From: a virus
Taxonomy: Duplodnaviria; Caudoviricetes
Virus record (IMG/VR): IMGVR_UViG_3300028585_000028
Location: 1-50,495 of that record
Strand: one strand, 5' to 3'
DNA length: 50,495 nucleotides
The notes under the pieces are model-generated. The model made no database searches, was not told where the DNA came from, and saw only the letters and a program-made list of their open reading frames with translations. Both the position numbers and the translations under genes were made by a program. Positions 16,284 to 25,600 of the stretch are shown in pieces; the stretch's first letter is position 1, and every line of letters starts with the position of its first letter.

Positions 16284-18773
16284 ATGGCAGCCCTCCCCGT
16301 CGATGAGATCCCTCTCAGCAAGATCATCAACGAGCGGACGAGCTGGGACCAGAAGCTGTGGTGGATTCCCTCGCGTGACCTTTACCGCTGGGACAACCGC
16401 ACTGTCTACATGATCGCGATCGGCAACGTCCTCGCGAGCGGTCAGCCGACGCCCCCTCCGACACCTCCGCCTTTCAGCTTCCAGCAGTACGAGTACCTCG
16501 ACACGCGCTTCCTCCTGAAGGAAGACCTGCCGAAGGTGCTGAAGGGCGACCCCGGAGCTGAGGGGGCATCTTCATACGACCTCTGGCTGGATGCCGGCAA
16601 CACGGGCTCCGTCGTCGACTTCTTGAACTCGCTGAAGGGTGAGCCAGGCGCGCCTGGTGATCCGGGTGCAGATGGATGGCAGCCCCCTGTCGGCTTCGAT
16701 GCAGTGCTCAGCGACCAGCAGGGCAAGTTGCCGGACAAAGTGCTCGGAGATCTCACCAAGCGGTACCAGATCAACTCGCACATCGACATTCGCACGCTGT
16801 ACGACGTCGCGAACCCGCCCGCGAACTTCGATAGCGTTCTCACTGCCGCAATCGAGCTGTCTAACTCTACCGCAGCCCTCGCTTCGACGCCGGTGCCGAT
16901 TTTCCTCCCTTCGGGAATGCGCTTCCCTGCGAGCGTCACCACTCTCGATAAGAGTGTCGTCATAGTCGGTGGTGGCACACTCGTGCAGCGCAAGGCGAAG
17001 TACGTCGTCAACGCCACGGCGACCCCTGGTGTAGAGCGTCCCATCACCTCGCTCGCTACGGTCAACTATTCTGCGCAAGCACAGATCGGGACGTCTGCGC
17101 CGCAGCTTTCGACCTACCGAGAGATTCAGGTCAGCCAGTCAAACCTCGTCGACCTTGTCTACGGTGATCAGCTTCTCATCCAGTCAAGCGACGCCTATCC
17201 AGGTCTTTATGTCACGGGCTCCACTCGTTACACCTACAAGCAGGGCTGGGTTCACGTAGACGGCCTCGCGATCAACGTGACGCCGTCATCAGCGAACAGC
17301 ATCATTCAGGACGTCGAGATCGTCGGCGGAGCGTCTGGCGCTCAGGGGTACGTCGTAGCGGTCAACGCGAACTTGACGGCGAACAGCACTGCGCTGTTTT
17401 TCCACTCTATCGCGGGAACTTTCGTTGCAGGAGAAAGTCTGCTCGTCAACGGCGCGGTAGTGGGCACGGTTTCTCGCCAGGCCGCGATCATTACGTCGGA
17501 CAAGCTCGACGATACGACATACGCGACGTCGCCGAAGCTGCGCAAGGTGAACAAAAACATTCGGGTCCACATCGACGTCGAGGTGGATACCGAGAGCGAC
17601 CCGCACGCAAAGATCGGTGCGGCAAATCGACGTGACGCTATCTTTGTCAGCGGCGTTGTTGATCCGAACATCAGAGCGCATTTCTACGCGGGCTACAGTC
17701 GCGCCATCACGGTCGAAACTGTTCGCGGTGGGATCGTGCAGTTCTTTGGCGGCAACCTTGCCAACAACCCGTCACCGGAAGAGGGTGCGTTTGGCTACGC
17801 CACTCAGGCGATGGCCGCGACAGAGGACACCGTCTTCGTGGTCAACGCTCGTGACATTCGTCACGGCTTCACGACAAACACGTACCCGCAAGATGGGCAG
17901 CCCGCAGGCGCGCGCGAATCGCTGCGTTCGGGGTGCCCGAAATATGTCATCGTGCGAGACAGCGTCGTGCACAATTCCATTGGCGCGAGCTTCGACACTC
18001 ACGGCGGAGCATGGGGAGTCCTCTTCCTCAACTGCGTTTCGTACTTCACGGGCTCTGGCGGACAGAATGCAACACGTGATGTCGGTTTCGCCAACCGCGC
18101 GTTTGGCACGATTTTCCGCAACTGCATATCGTACGGCGCGACGTACGGCTTCCAGGACTCGGCCTATTCGTTTGCAACACCCGCCGCGAATACTATTCGC
18201 ATTGAGGGTTGCCGCGCTTACGGATTCCTCAACTCCGCCTATCGCCACGGTTCGGAGCTGACGGGTGGCAATATGGTCTTGGGTGACACCGAATACCTGA
18301 TCGACGACTTCCAGGGTGAAGGCGCGCTTGGACTGCCGCTGGATGCGCCATACCGACAGACCGGCATCGACATAGCTGTTGCGAAAGTCACGATCCTGCG
18401 CAGCATCATCAGGACGGTCAATTTTGCCGGAATCTACGTGCGAAGCGGTGTCAACAACCTCGCTCTCGACGATTTCACGTTTGACCAGACGAAAGCATCC
18501 CCAGCAGGAATCGGGGCGGGTTGGCTCATCTTCTTTGCGGCTGCGATCCGCTTCAGCCGACGTGGCACATTCGGTTCACTCACGGTGTACGGCAACGAGA
18601 CAAACGACTCCACTCGCAGCATTATTGGCTCCGCCAGTGGCGTCGTCGTCAAAATCCGCCGACCCGAAGTCTCTACCGGAAAGTTCATGGTCTCCGAGGC
18701 CAATACCACGCTCTACACTTCTCAAACGGCAACGCCCTCGGTGCTTGACGTGACTTACATGAAATCACTTTAG
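16284..18773 (+). CDS. tailspike/fiber with collagen-like segment and beta-helix (putative depolymerase)
   Basis: KGDPGAEG..SSYDLWLDAGNTGS..FLNSLKGEPGAPGDPG fiber motif; pectin-lyase-like strands (DIRHGFTT, FDTHGG, FLNCVS, FRNCIS). Confidence 0.7.
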   Translation: MAALPVDEIPLSKIINERTSWDQKLWWIPSRDLYRWDNRTVYMIAIGNVLASGQPTPPPTPPPFSFQQYEYLDTRFLLKEDLPKVLKGDPGAEGASSYDLWLDAGNTGSVVDFLNSLKGEPGAPGDPGADGWQPPVGFDAVLSDQQGKLPDKVLGDLTKRYQINSHIDIRTLYDVANPPANFDSVLTAAIELSNSTAALASTPVPIFLPSGMRFPASVTTLDKSVVIVGGGTLVQRKAKYVVNATATPGVERPITSLATVNYSAQAQIGTSAPQLSTYREIQVSQSNLVDLVYGDQLLIQSSDAYPGLYVTGSTRYTYKQGWVHVDGLAINVTPSSANSIIQDVEIVGGASGAQGYVVAVNANLTANSTALFFHSIAGTFVAGESLLVNGAVVGTVSRQAAIITSDKLDDTTYATSPKLRKVNKNIRVHIDVEVDTESDPHAKIGAANRRDAIFVSGVVDPNIRAHFYAGYSRAITVETVRGGIVQFFGGNLANNPSPEEGAFGYATQAMAATEDTVFVVNARDIRHGFTTNTYPQDGQPAGARESLRSGCPKYVIVRDSVVHNSIGASFDTHGGAWGVLFLNCVSYFTGSGGQNATRDVGFANRAFGTIFRNCISYGATYGFQDSAYSFATPAANTIRIEGCRAYGFLNSAYRHGSELTGGNMVLGDTEYLIDDFQGEGALGLPLDAPYRQTGIDIAVAKVTILRSIIRTVNFAGIYVRSGVNNLALDDFTFDQTKASPAGIGAGWLIFFAAAIRFSRRGTFGSLTVYGNETNDSTRSIIGSASGVVVKIRRPEVSTGKFMVSEANTTLYTSQTATPSVLDVTYMKSL

Positions 18774-18782
18774 GAGATCACG

Positions 18783-19235
18783 ATGGCTGACGTCGAGTTC
18801 GACAAGCTAGCAGAGGATAGCCCTCTCGGCGACGTCCGAATGCTCATTCCTGACACTGAGCAGCTCAGCAACCCTCTCGCGCCCACCGAGCCGAAGGCAT
18901 ACCTCTTCAGTGACGTCATGATCACCCGCCTTCTGCGCATCAATGCGGGAAATGTCCGGCGCGCTGCGGCCGATGCGTGTGAAGCACTCGGCACCAACGA
19001 ACTCATGATCCTGAAGAAGATCACGACGTCCGAGGGTCTCTCTACCGACGGCAGCGTGCTCGCGAAGGAGTACGGCGCGAAGGCCAACCGGCTGCGCGCC
19101 CAGGCCGACAAGGCAGACGACGACGACAATGACGATGGTGGCGGCTTCATCCACCTCGGGTACACGCGCCAGCCGATCCCGTTCGATGCCGCGAGCCACA
19201 TGCCGGGTGACGGGAATGTCCCATGGCTCCGCTGA
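18783..19235 (+). CDS. head-to-tail adaptor
   Basis: VRMLIPD...YLFSD..I...NVRRAAADA pattern; synteny. Confidence 0.75.
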   Translation: MADVEFDKLAEDSPLGDVRMLIPDTEQLSNPLAPTEPKAYLFSDVMITRLLRINAGNVRRAAADACEALGTNELMILKKITTSEGLSTDGSVLAKEYGAKANRLRAQADKADDDDNDDGGGFIHLGYTRQPIPFDAASHMPGDGNVPWLR

Positions 19236-19714
19236 ACAGTCGCGGGATCTTCGACCCACGATTCACCGCCCACGTCGCCGTCACGAGCGAGGCCGGCATG
19301 ACCTCCTCTGTGCTAGTGCGTCGCCGACCGGTCAATCGCCCCATTCCCGAGGGGTTTGGCCCCGACCCCTATCCATTCGTCGACATCTGGCGCGGCCCTG
19401 CTCGCGTGCACCCGAAGAAGGGCGACGCTGCCACGAGTGCAGAGTTCGCCGACGTCGCGACCGGCTTCCAGGCCGTCACGTTCGATCTTCCGCTCATCGA
19501 CGGGGAGTGGCTGATCGAAGAGGGTGCACAGCGGCGCTTCGACATGTCTGATCAGGTGGTCGTGGAGGCAAACGCGTTCCCCGGGCTCGACTTCCTGAAG
19601 GACTACGTCTATGTCGTCCGAGAGGCCCTAGGATCGGGGTACGCTTCTGAGCGTCATCTGATCTGCGACGTCGACCTGAAGGGAGGCCCGAACCGTGGGA
19701 ATCCGACAGTCTAA
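19223..19714 (+). CDS. head-to-tail stopper
   Basis: Synteny; IWRGPARV motif. Confidence 0.6.
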   Translation: MAPLNSRGIFDPRFTAHVAVTSEAGMTSSVLVRRRPVNRPIPEGFGPDPYPFVDIWRGPARVHPKKGDAATSAEFADVATGFQAVTFDLPLIDGEWLIEEGAQRRFDMSDQVVVEANAFPGLDFLKDYVYVVREALGSGYASERHLICDVDLKGGPNRGNPTV

Positions 19715-20153
19715 GGGTACGTCGTTCCTGGAGACCGAGCGCCGGGCCAACAAGAAGCTCGACCGCAAGATCGACGACGTCGAAGACGTGGTCCGTGACT
19801 CGCTGGAGGGTGGTGCGCAGCAGATGCGCCGCGTCATCAGCACGAACGGCGTGCGTGACACGGTCCCCAACAACGAGGGCCGCATCGAGACAGGCGACAT
19901 GCTCGACGACGTCAGCGTGCGTGTGCGTCGCACGAGCCGCGACACGGTCGTCGGCCGCATGGGCTGGCTGCCCGGTGACATCAAGGCGTACTACAAGTTT
20001 CAGGATCTCGGCACGCGAGGCTTCTTCACGCAGCCTGGCGGCACGCCTCCCGCCTCTTCGCGGACGAAGCCTCGCGGCGTGCGCCCCATGATGGCGTTCC
20101 AAGAGGGGCGCATCGAGGCCGAGAACTCCCTGCGCGACGGGCTGGGCCGGTAA
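19695..20153 (+). CDS. HK97 gp10-like neck/tail-completion protein
   Basis: GRIETGDM...YYKFQDLGT...VRPM motifs. Confidence 0.65.
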   Translation: MGIRQSKGTSFLETERRANKKLDRKIDDVEDVVRDSLEGGAQQMRRVISTNGVRDTVPNNEGRIETGDMLDDVSVRVRRTSRDTVVGRMGWLPGDIKAYYKFQDLGTRGFFTQPGGTPPASSRTKPRGVRPMMAFQEGRIEAENSLRDGLGR

Positions 20154-20644
20154 TGGCCGAGGTCAGCACAGGTATCGAGCCGGTCCGTCAGGCCATCATG
20201 GACCGGCTCGCGGCAGTGATCCCAGCTCAGGTGGCCGGCTTCCGGGGCCAGCTCGTCGGCCCCGAGGCTGTGCCTACAAACGGCGCGGCCGAGCCCCAGC
20301 CGTACTACGTCGTCATCTTCGGCGGCCGGCAACGCCTGGCAAGTCGCTACCAGGGCATCGTCGGCGCCCGCGGCGACTCGAAGACCCTCACGGTCGGCGT
20401 CGAGGTCTACGGCCGCGACTCGGCCGAGAAGGACCGCCTGGCGGACGCCGTGGAGGATGCCCTGGAGGGCTTCGAGCCCGCAGGTGAGGGCGAGATGCGC
20501 TCGCAGTATTCGGGCAAGATCGAGAACCCGATCGACCTCCAGCGCAACCACTTCCGCGAGGGCATCGGCCTCACGTTCCTCTCGGTTGTGAATACCGAGA
20601 TGCCCATCGACCTCTTCGCAGACCAGCCCGTAACCGATATCTAG
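20153..20644 (+). CDS. tail terminator
   Basis: Synteny before the major tail gene; PYYVVIFG motif. Confidence 0.65.
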   Translation: MAEVSTGIEPVRQAIMDRLAAVIPAQVAGFRGQLVGPEAVPTNGAAEPQPYYVVIFGGRQRLASRYQGIVGARGDSKTLTVGVEVYGRDSAEKDRLADAVEDALEGFEPAGEGEMRSQYSGKIENPIDLQRNHFREGIGLTFLSVVNTEMPIDLFADQPVTDI

Positions 20645-20657
20645 TAGGATGGCAGAC

Positions 20658-20942
20658 ATGTCCGAGATCAAGACGTACCGACACCCCGTCACGAACCGCA
20701 TCAAGCGAACCGACCGGCACGATTACGCGCTCATCGCCGGATTCGAGGAGTGGGACGGTGAGGTGGAGATCGACAAGGTCGGAGTCCAGACGGCCGACCT
20801 CTCGCTCGCCGATCTGCGCGAGCTGGCGAAGGACCAGGGCCTCCCCGCATCGGGTACGAAGGCCGAGCTGCAGGCGCGTCTCGCTGACGCCGCCGGCACC
20901 ACCACGACTTCCAGCACCCCCGCTGGGGACACCAAAGAATAA
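20658..20942 (+). CDS. small SAP/HeH-domain protein
   Basis: LSLADLRELAKDQGLPASGTKAELQARL matches the SAP consensus. Confidence 0.75.
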   Translation: MSEIKTYRHPVTNRIKRTDRHDYALIAGFEEWDGEVEIDKVGVQTADLSLADLRELAKDQGLPASGTKAELQARLADAAGTTTTSSTPAGDTKE

Positions 20943-20969
20943 CTCCCCAGAAGGAGGGATGGAGAAACC

Positions 20970-21497
20970 ATGAAGAAGATGATGAGTCCGAACACCACGA
21001 TCGTGTGGGTGGACGAGGACGCGGTCGTCGATCCGCTCAACCCCACGGTCGCTGAGCTGAACGCCGGGCAGAACATCTCGTGCGCGATCGTGCGTGGCTA
21101 CACGCTCAACCCGACCGCCTCCGACACCGATGGCACCGCGTCCATCTGTGACGAGGGCAACGTCGAGACGCCCACGTACGACAACTACGAGGCGTCGCTG
21201 ACGTTCTTCTACGAGTCGGACGACACGGACACCACGTCGGTGTTCCTGATCGCCACCGAGCTGTTCGAGCTGAAGGGCGCGCGAGGCTACCTCTACCGCC
21301 GCATCGGCAAGAAGAGCAAGGAGCCGTTCGTCGCGGGCGACACCGTCGAGGGCTTCTTCGTCGAGTCGGACAACCCGCAGACGATCGACGGCGGCGACAG
21401 CGGTGGGCCGATCCAGCTCACCGTGCCGTTCCTGCAGCAGGGTCAGTACGTGCCGAAGCGCACGGCGGTCCTCGCGGCGGCGCCCGTCACCCCCTAG
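20970..21497 (+). CDS. major tail protein
   Basis: PTVAELNAG..ISCAI, GYLYRRIGK, GDTVE motifs; synteny. Confidence 0.85.
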   Translation: MKKMMSPNTTIVWVDEDAVVDPLNPTVAELNAGQNISCAIVRGYTLNPTASDTDGTASICDEGNVETPTYDNYEASLTFFYESDDTDTTSVFLIATELFELKGARGYLYRRIGKKSKEPFVAGDTVEGFFVESDNPQTIDGGDSGGPIQLTVPFLQQGQYVPKRTAVLAAAPVTP

Positions 21498-21511
21498 TCT
21501 TCTGCTAGGGT

Positions 21512-21546
21512 AGGGGCGCGTCATCTTCGGGTGACGCGCCCCTTCT
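21512..21546 (+). terminator. intrinsic terminator
   Basis: AGGGGCGCGTCATC-TTCG-GGTGACGCGCCCCT plus TCT. Confidence 0.75.
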
Positions 21547-21571
21547 GCATTTACCACACGAGGAGATCATC

Positions 21572-22228
21572 ATGAGCGAAACCACGAACGCCCCCGAAGT
21601 CGACGCCGTGCTCGAAGAGCTGGACATCATGTCCTGGCTCGGCGAAGCGGCCAACGCCACCGGCGAGATCGAACTGTACCGCGACGGCCCTCTGCTCGTC
21701 GAGCTGCAGGAGCTGACCGACATGGTCGACGACCTGCGCGACGCCCGTAAGCGCCAGGCCGCGCAGCTCCTGGCGCCGGACGTCCAGTCCATCGCAGACG
21801 AAGGTTCTAGCGCGATCGACAACGCCGTCGCCCGCATCGAAGAGATCCGCGAGGCCCTGAAGGGCAGCGGCACGACCTGGCACCTGGAGGGCATCAGCCC
21901 CGGTGACCGTGACGCGGCGGCGAACAAGTTGGCGAAGGACTCCAGGTTCCGCGCCAAGAAGGCCAGCGAAGACGAGCCGGCCGTGCCCGGTGGATCGGAC
22001 CACCCCGACTACGCCGACGCGTGGCGCGACCTGCTCATGTCGAAGTCGATCAAGAAGGTCGTCGCCCCGAACGGAGCGGTGAGCACGAAGCACTTCAGCC
22101 CCGAGGAGTGCGGCCGTCTGCGCTTCCAGCTCCCCGGCGCGGAGTTCTCCCGCCTGTCGAGCAAGATCGCGCGGCTGAACTACATCAGCTACGACATCGA
22201 GCGCCTGGTGGACGTGGATTTCTCGTAG
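21572..22228 (+). CDS. tail assembly chaperone (G)
   Basis: Between major tail and tape measure genes; AGGAG RBS. Confidence 0.8.
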   Translation: MSETTNAPEVDAVLEELDIMSWLGEAANATGEIELYRDGPLLVELQELTDMVDDLRDARKRQAAQLLAPDVQSIADEGSSAIDNAVARIEEIREALKGSGTTWHLEGISPGDRDAAANKLAKDSRFRAKKASEDEPAVPGGSDHPDYADAWRDLLMSKSIKKVVAPNGAVSTKHFSPEECGRLRFQLPGAEFSRLSSKIARLNYISYDIERLVDVDFS

Positions 22229-22653
22229 AGGCGCTGACTCGGCCACGGAATCGGGTCTACCACCACTTCATCGACAGCGCGATCAAGCTGGGCACCGCAC
22301 CGTCGTTCATGCTCCTCAGCAGGGGCAAGAATCCTTCGACGGTGCGGTGGTCGATGAGGGACCGCAAGCTCTACGCGGCTGCACTGCGCCTGCAGGATGA
22401 GAAGTGCCCCCACTGTGGCGTGCCTACCTGGCTGGGCCAGACCGCCTCGTCGAAGGTCGAGTTCGAGGTCGGCTTCTCTGTCTGCAACGGCTGCGCCGAG
22501 AAGGACGAAGCCACGAAGGACCTGAAGCTGAAGCCCGGCGAGTGGGCTCACATTCACGCGGTCGACGATGAGGGCGGCACCGATGGACTACCATCGAGGT
22601 CAGAGGGTTACAAGAACATCGACACACCTGTCTACGCACTTGCGGACGACTGA
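22216..22653 (+). CDS. tail assembly chaperone (GT extension), probably via -1 frameshift
   Basis: Open -1 frame overlapping the end of G at G GAT TTC; no clear RBS of its own. Confidence 0.6.
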   Translation, partial: GFLVEALTRPRNRVYHHFIDSAIKLGTAPSFMLLSRGKNPSTVRWSMRDRKLYAAALRLQDEKCPHCGVPTWLGQTASSKVEFEVGFSVCNGCAEKDEATKDLKLKPGEWAHIHAVDDEGGTDGLPSRSEGYKNIDTPVYALADD

Positions 22654-22675
22654 GTAGCACAGAGAGGACGCCCTG

Positions 22676-25600
22676 GTGGCACCTGGCAGGGACGATTCGT
22701 TCGACTTCGAGATCACCGCGGACGGTCGGGACGCTCGCCAGGAGCTTGCCTCTGTGCTGCAGTCCATGCGGGCGCTCGCCGCCGAGGCCACCCGCTCCGG
22801 CGCTGTCGTCGACAAGTCCACCCAGCAGCAGGCCCGGTCGTACGGGACGCTGGCGCGCGAGCTGGGCGTCGTCGAGAAGGCTGCCCTCCAGACCGAGCGC
22901 GCCCTCGCTCAGCAGGCCGCGTCTCGTGACCGTGCTCGTGGCGCTCGTGCCAACGCCAACACGGCAGAGGGTCGCCAGGCGTCCAGCGCGGCCGTCGGAG
23001 CCAACAACGTCAGCCGGTCGGAGTTCCAGGCTGAAGCCGCCATGATGGGCGCGATCACGGCCGAGCGGCGGGCTCAGGCTGCCATCGCAGCGACGACGAA
23101 CAAGAACGCGATCGCGGCGGCTCAGATCGAGCTGCAGACGGCCCGCGCTGAAGCGGTCATCGAGCAGTCCATCTCGCAGTCCCGAGCCCGGGAGTCGGCG
23201 TCGTCGTCGGCGTCCAGCCTGGCTGCCGCCCGCGAGCGTGTGGCCCTCCGCCAGCAGGAGAACAAGGACCTCATCGCGCAGGGGCAGATCACGCTCCTGA
23301 ATGACCGCTCCGAGGAGATCAGCGACCGTCGCCAGGCGCGCGCTATGGCCGAGCGGCAGAAGGCCCTCCAGGCCGAGCAGCGGTCCCTGCAGCAGCTCCA
23401 GGCCACGGAGCGCAGCCGTGCTATCCAGTCGGAGCGCAACGCCCGTGCGATCGCAGGCGGCTCGACGACGGAGCGCACGAGCGCCCTCGCGGCCGAGCGC
23501 ATGGCGAACCCGCTGGGCGACATCTCCCAGATCAACGCGACCCGCTACGCCCTCGGGGACACAGCCCAGACAGCAGCCCTGGCCGGTGCCGCAGTCGCGT
23601 CGGTCGGCGTGGCATCCATCGTCGTCGCGACTCAGTTCGAGGCCAGCTTCGCTGACGTGCAGCGTGCGGCCGAGCTGACCGGTGGCTCCGTCCAGGCGGT
23701 GCGCAACGACCTGCTCGACATCACCAAGACGATGCCGACGAACTTCGCCGATGTCGCGGGCGTCGCCCAGCTCGGTGCTCAGATGAACATCGCGGAGCGC
23801 GACCTCGACTCCTTCGCCACCGTCGTCTCGCAGTTCGCTGCCACCACCGACGTTTCCACCGAGCAGACCGCGATCAGCTTCGGCCGGATCTCGAACCTGC
23901 TCGACGTGAACCCGGCTGACTTCGACAAGCTCGGGTCGTCCATCTACGACGTCGGTATCAAGTCGGTCGCGACAGAGTCCGAGATCCTTTCGACGACCCA
24001 GCAGATCGCCGGTGCCGCTGCGGCTTACAACTTCACCGCCGATCAGGTCGTCGGTCTCGGTGCCGCGTTCGCGTCGCTCGCGATCGCACCGGAAGCCGCC
24101 CGCGGTTCGGTGACGCGCATCTTCGGTGACATCGAGAAGGCTGTCGCGACTGGCGGCGAGGAGCTGGAAGAGTACGCCCGCATCATGCGGGTCGACGTCG
24201 CCGACGCAACGCAGCTCTGGCAGGCCGACCCCTCCGCGTTCTTCCAGAAGCTCGTGCAGGGCCTCTCGCAGTCGAAGAGCCTCATCCAGGACCTCGGCGC
24301 TATCGGCGCCAACGACGTCCGCGACCAGAACCTCCTGCAGCGCCTCGCGGGCAACCCCGAGCTTCTCGCGAACTCGCTCAACATCGCCTCCGACGCATTC
24401 GATGAAGGCACGGCGTTGGCCGATGGCTACGCCTACACGATCGACACGCTCGCCGCCAAGCTGAAGATCCTGCTCAACAACGTGCAGGCGCTCGCCGCTG
24501 GCGCTGGCACGCCGCTCCTCGGCCCTCTCGGCGTCGTGGTCGACATGCTGTCCGCGTTCATCGGGCTCCTCAGTGAGAACACCGTGCTCGCGGGCTTCGT
24601 CGTGGCCCTATCCCTCCTGGTCGGTGGCGTGCTCCTCATGAAGGGCGCGATCGCCGCTGCGATGGCCGGCCTGCTCGCCATGAAGTTCGTCATGGACCAG
24701 CTCTCCGCCACCGCGGGCGTGACCGGCATCAACCTCCGGTCGCTGGCTTCCATCTCTCGAGTCGTGGCCGGCCAGTTCGGCCTGACCAACATCTCGATCG
24801 CCGGGGTCACCGCCCGCCTCCGCGAGATGGACGTGGCAGCCGCAGGAGCGGGCCGCAGCCAGTCGGCGCTCCGAGGCGGGCTCCAGGGCGTCACCGGAGC
24901 CGCCACGGCCGCAGGGACCGCCGTGCGGGGCTTCGGGAAGGCTACCCTTGTGCTGGCGGCGCTCCAGATCGGCACAGAGCTCCTGGGTGCCGGCATCGAG
25001 AAGCTGCAGTACCAGTTCGCCTCCGCTGGCGAGCGCGCCGAGAGCTACTTCGGCGACGTGTCCGGCTTCTCTGACGCCGTGGCGAAAGACACCGCGATCT
25101 ACAACGAGACCGGCGAGGCCATCGCCGTCTACGCCCGCTCGACCGGCGACGCTGGCAAGGCTGCAACGGAGGCGGCGCCCGCCGTCGAGACGTGGATCGG
25201 GCTGCAGAGCGAAGTGCCGGCCGCGACCAACGCCGCCACCGCCGCCACCGAGGAGCAGACCTTCGCGCTCGGTGAGAACGCCCGTGCCTGGGTGCAGAAC
25301 GCATTCGCCGCGCAAGAGTCGATCCAGCAGTTCGCCAACAACCCGGCTCTGGTCGAAGGGTTCAACGAACTCGGCGGCAGCGTCGATGAGCTTCTGGCCC
25401 AGTCGCTTCAGGGCACCGGTAGCGCGTACGTGCAGGCCATCGCCGACCGCGCCAACGAGGCGGCAGCGCAGCTCCAGGGGCAGCTCGACCAGAGCCGTGA
25501 CCCTGCCGAGATCGCGCAGCTCACCGACAAGATCGCGCTCTACGACCGACTCGCGCAGGATCTTCCTCGCACGCTGGGCGCTGGAACCGCTGCCGTCGAA

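Noticed and set aside
9661-16330. Very long minus-strand ORFs (787, 896 and 539 aa)
   Set aside because: Antisense shadows of terminase, portal, protease and capsid genes caused by high GC3; no motifs or RBS
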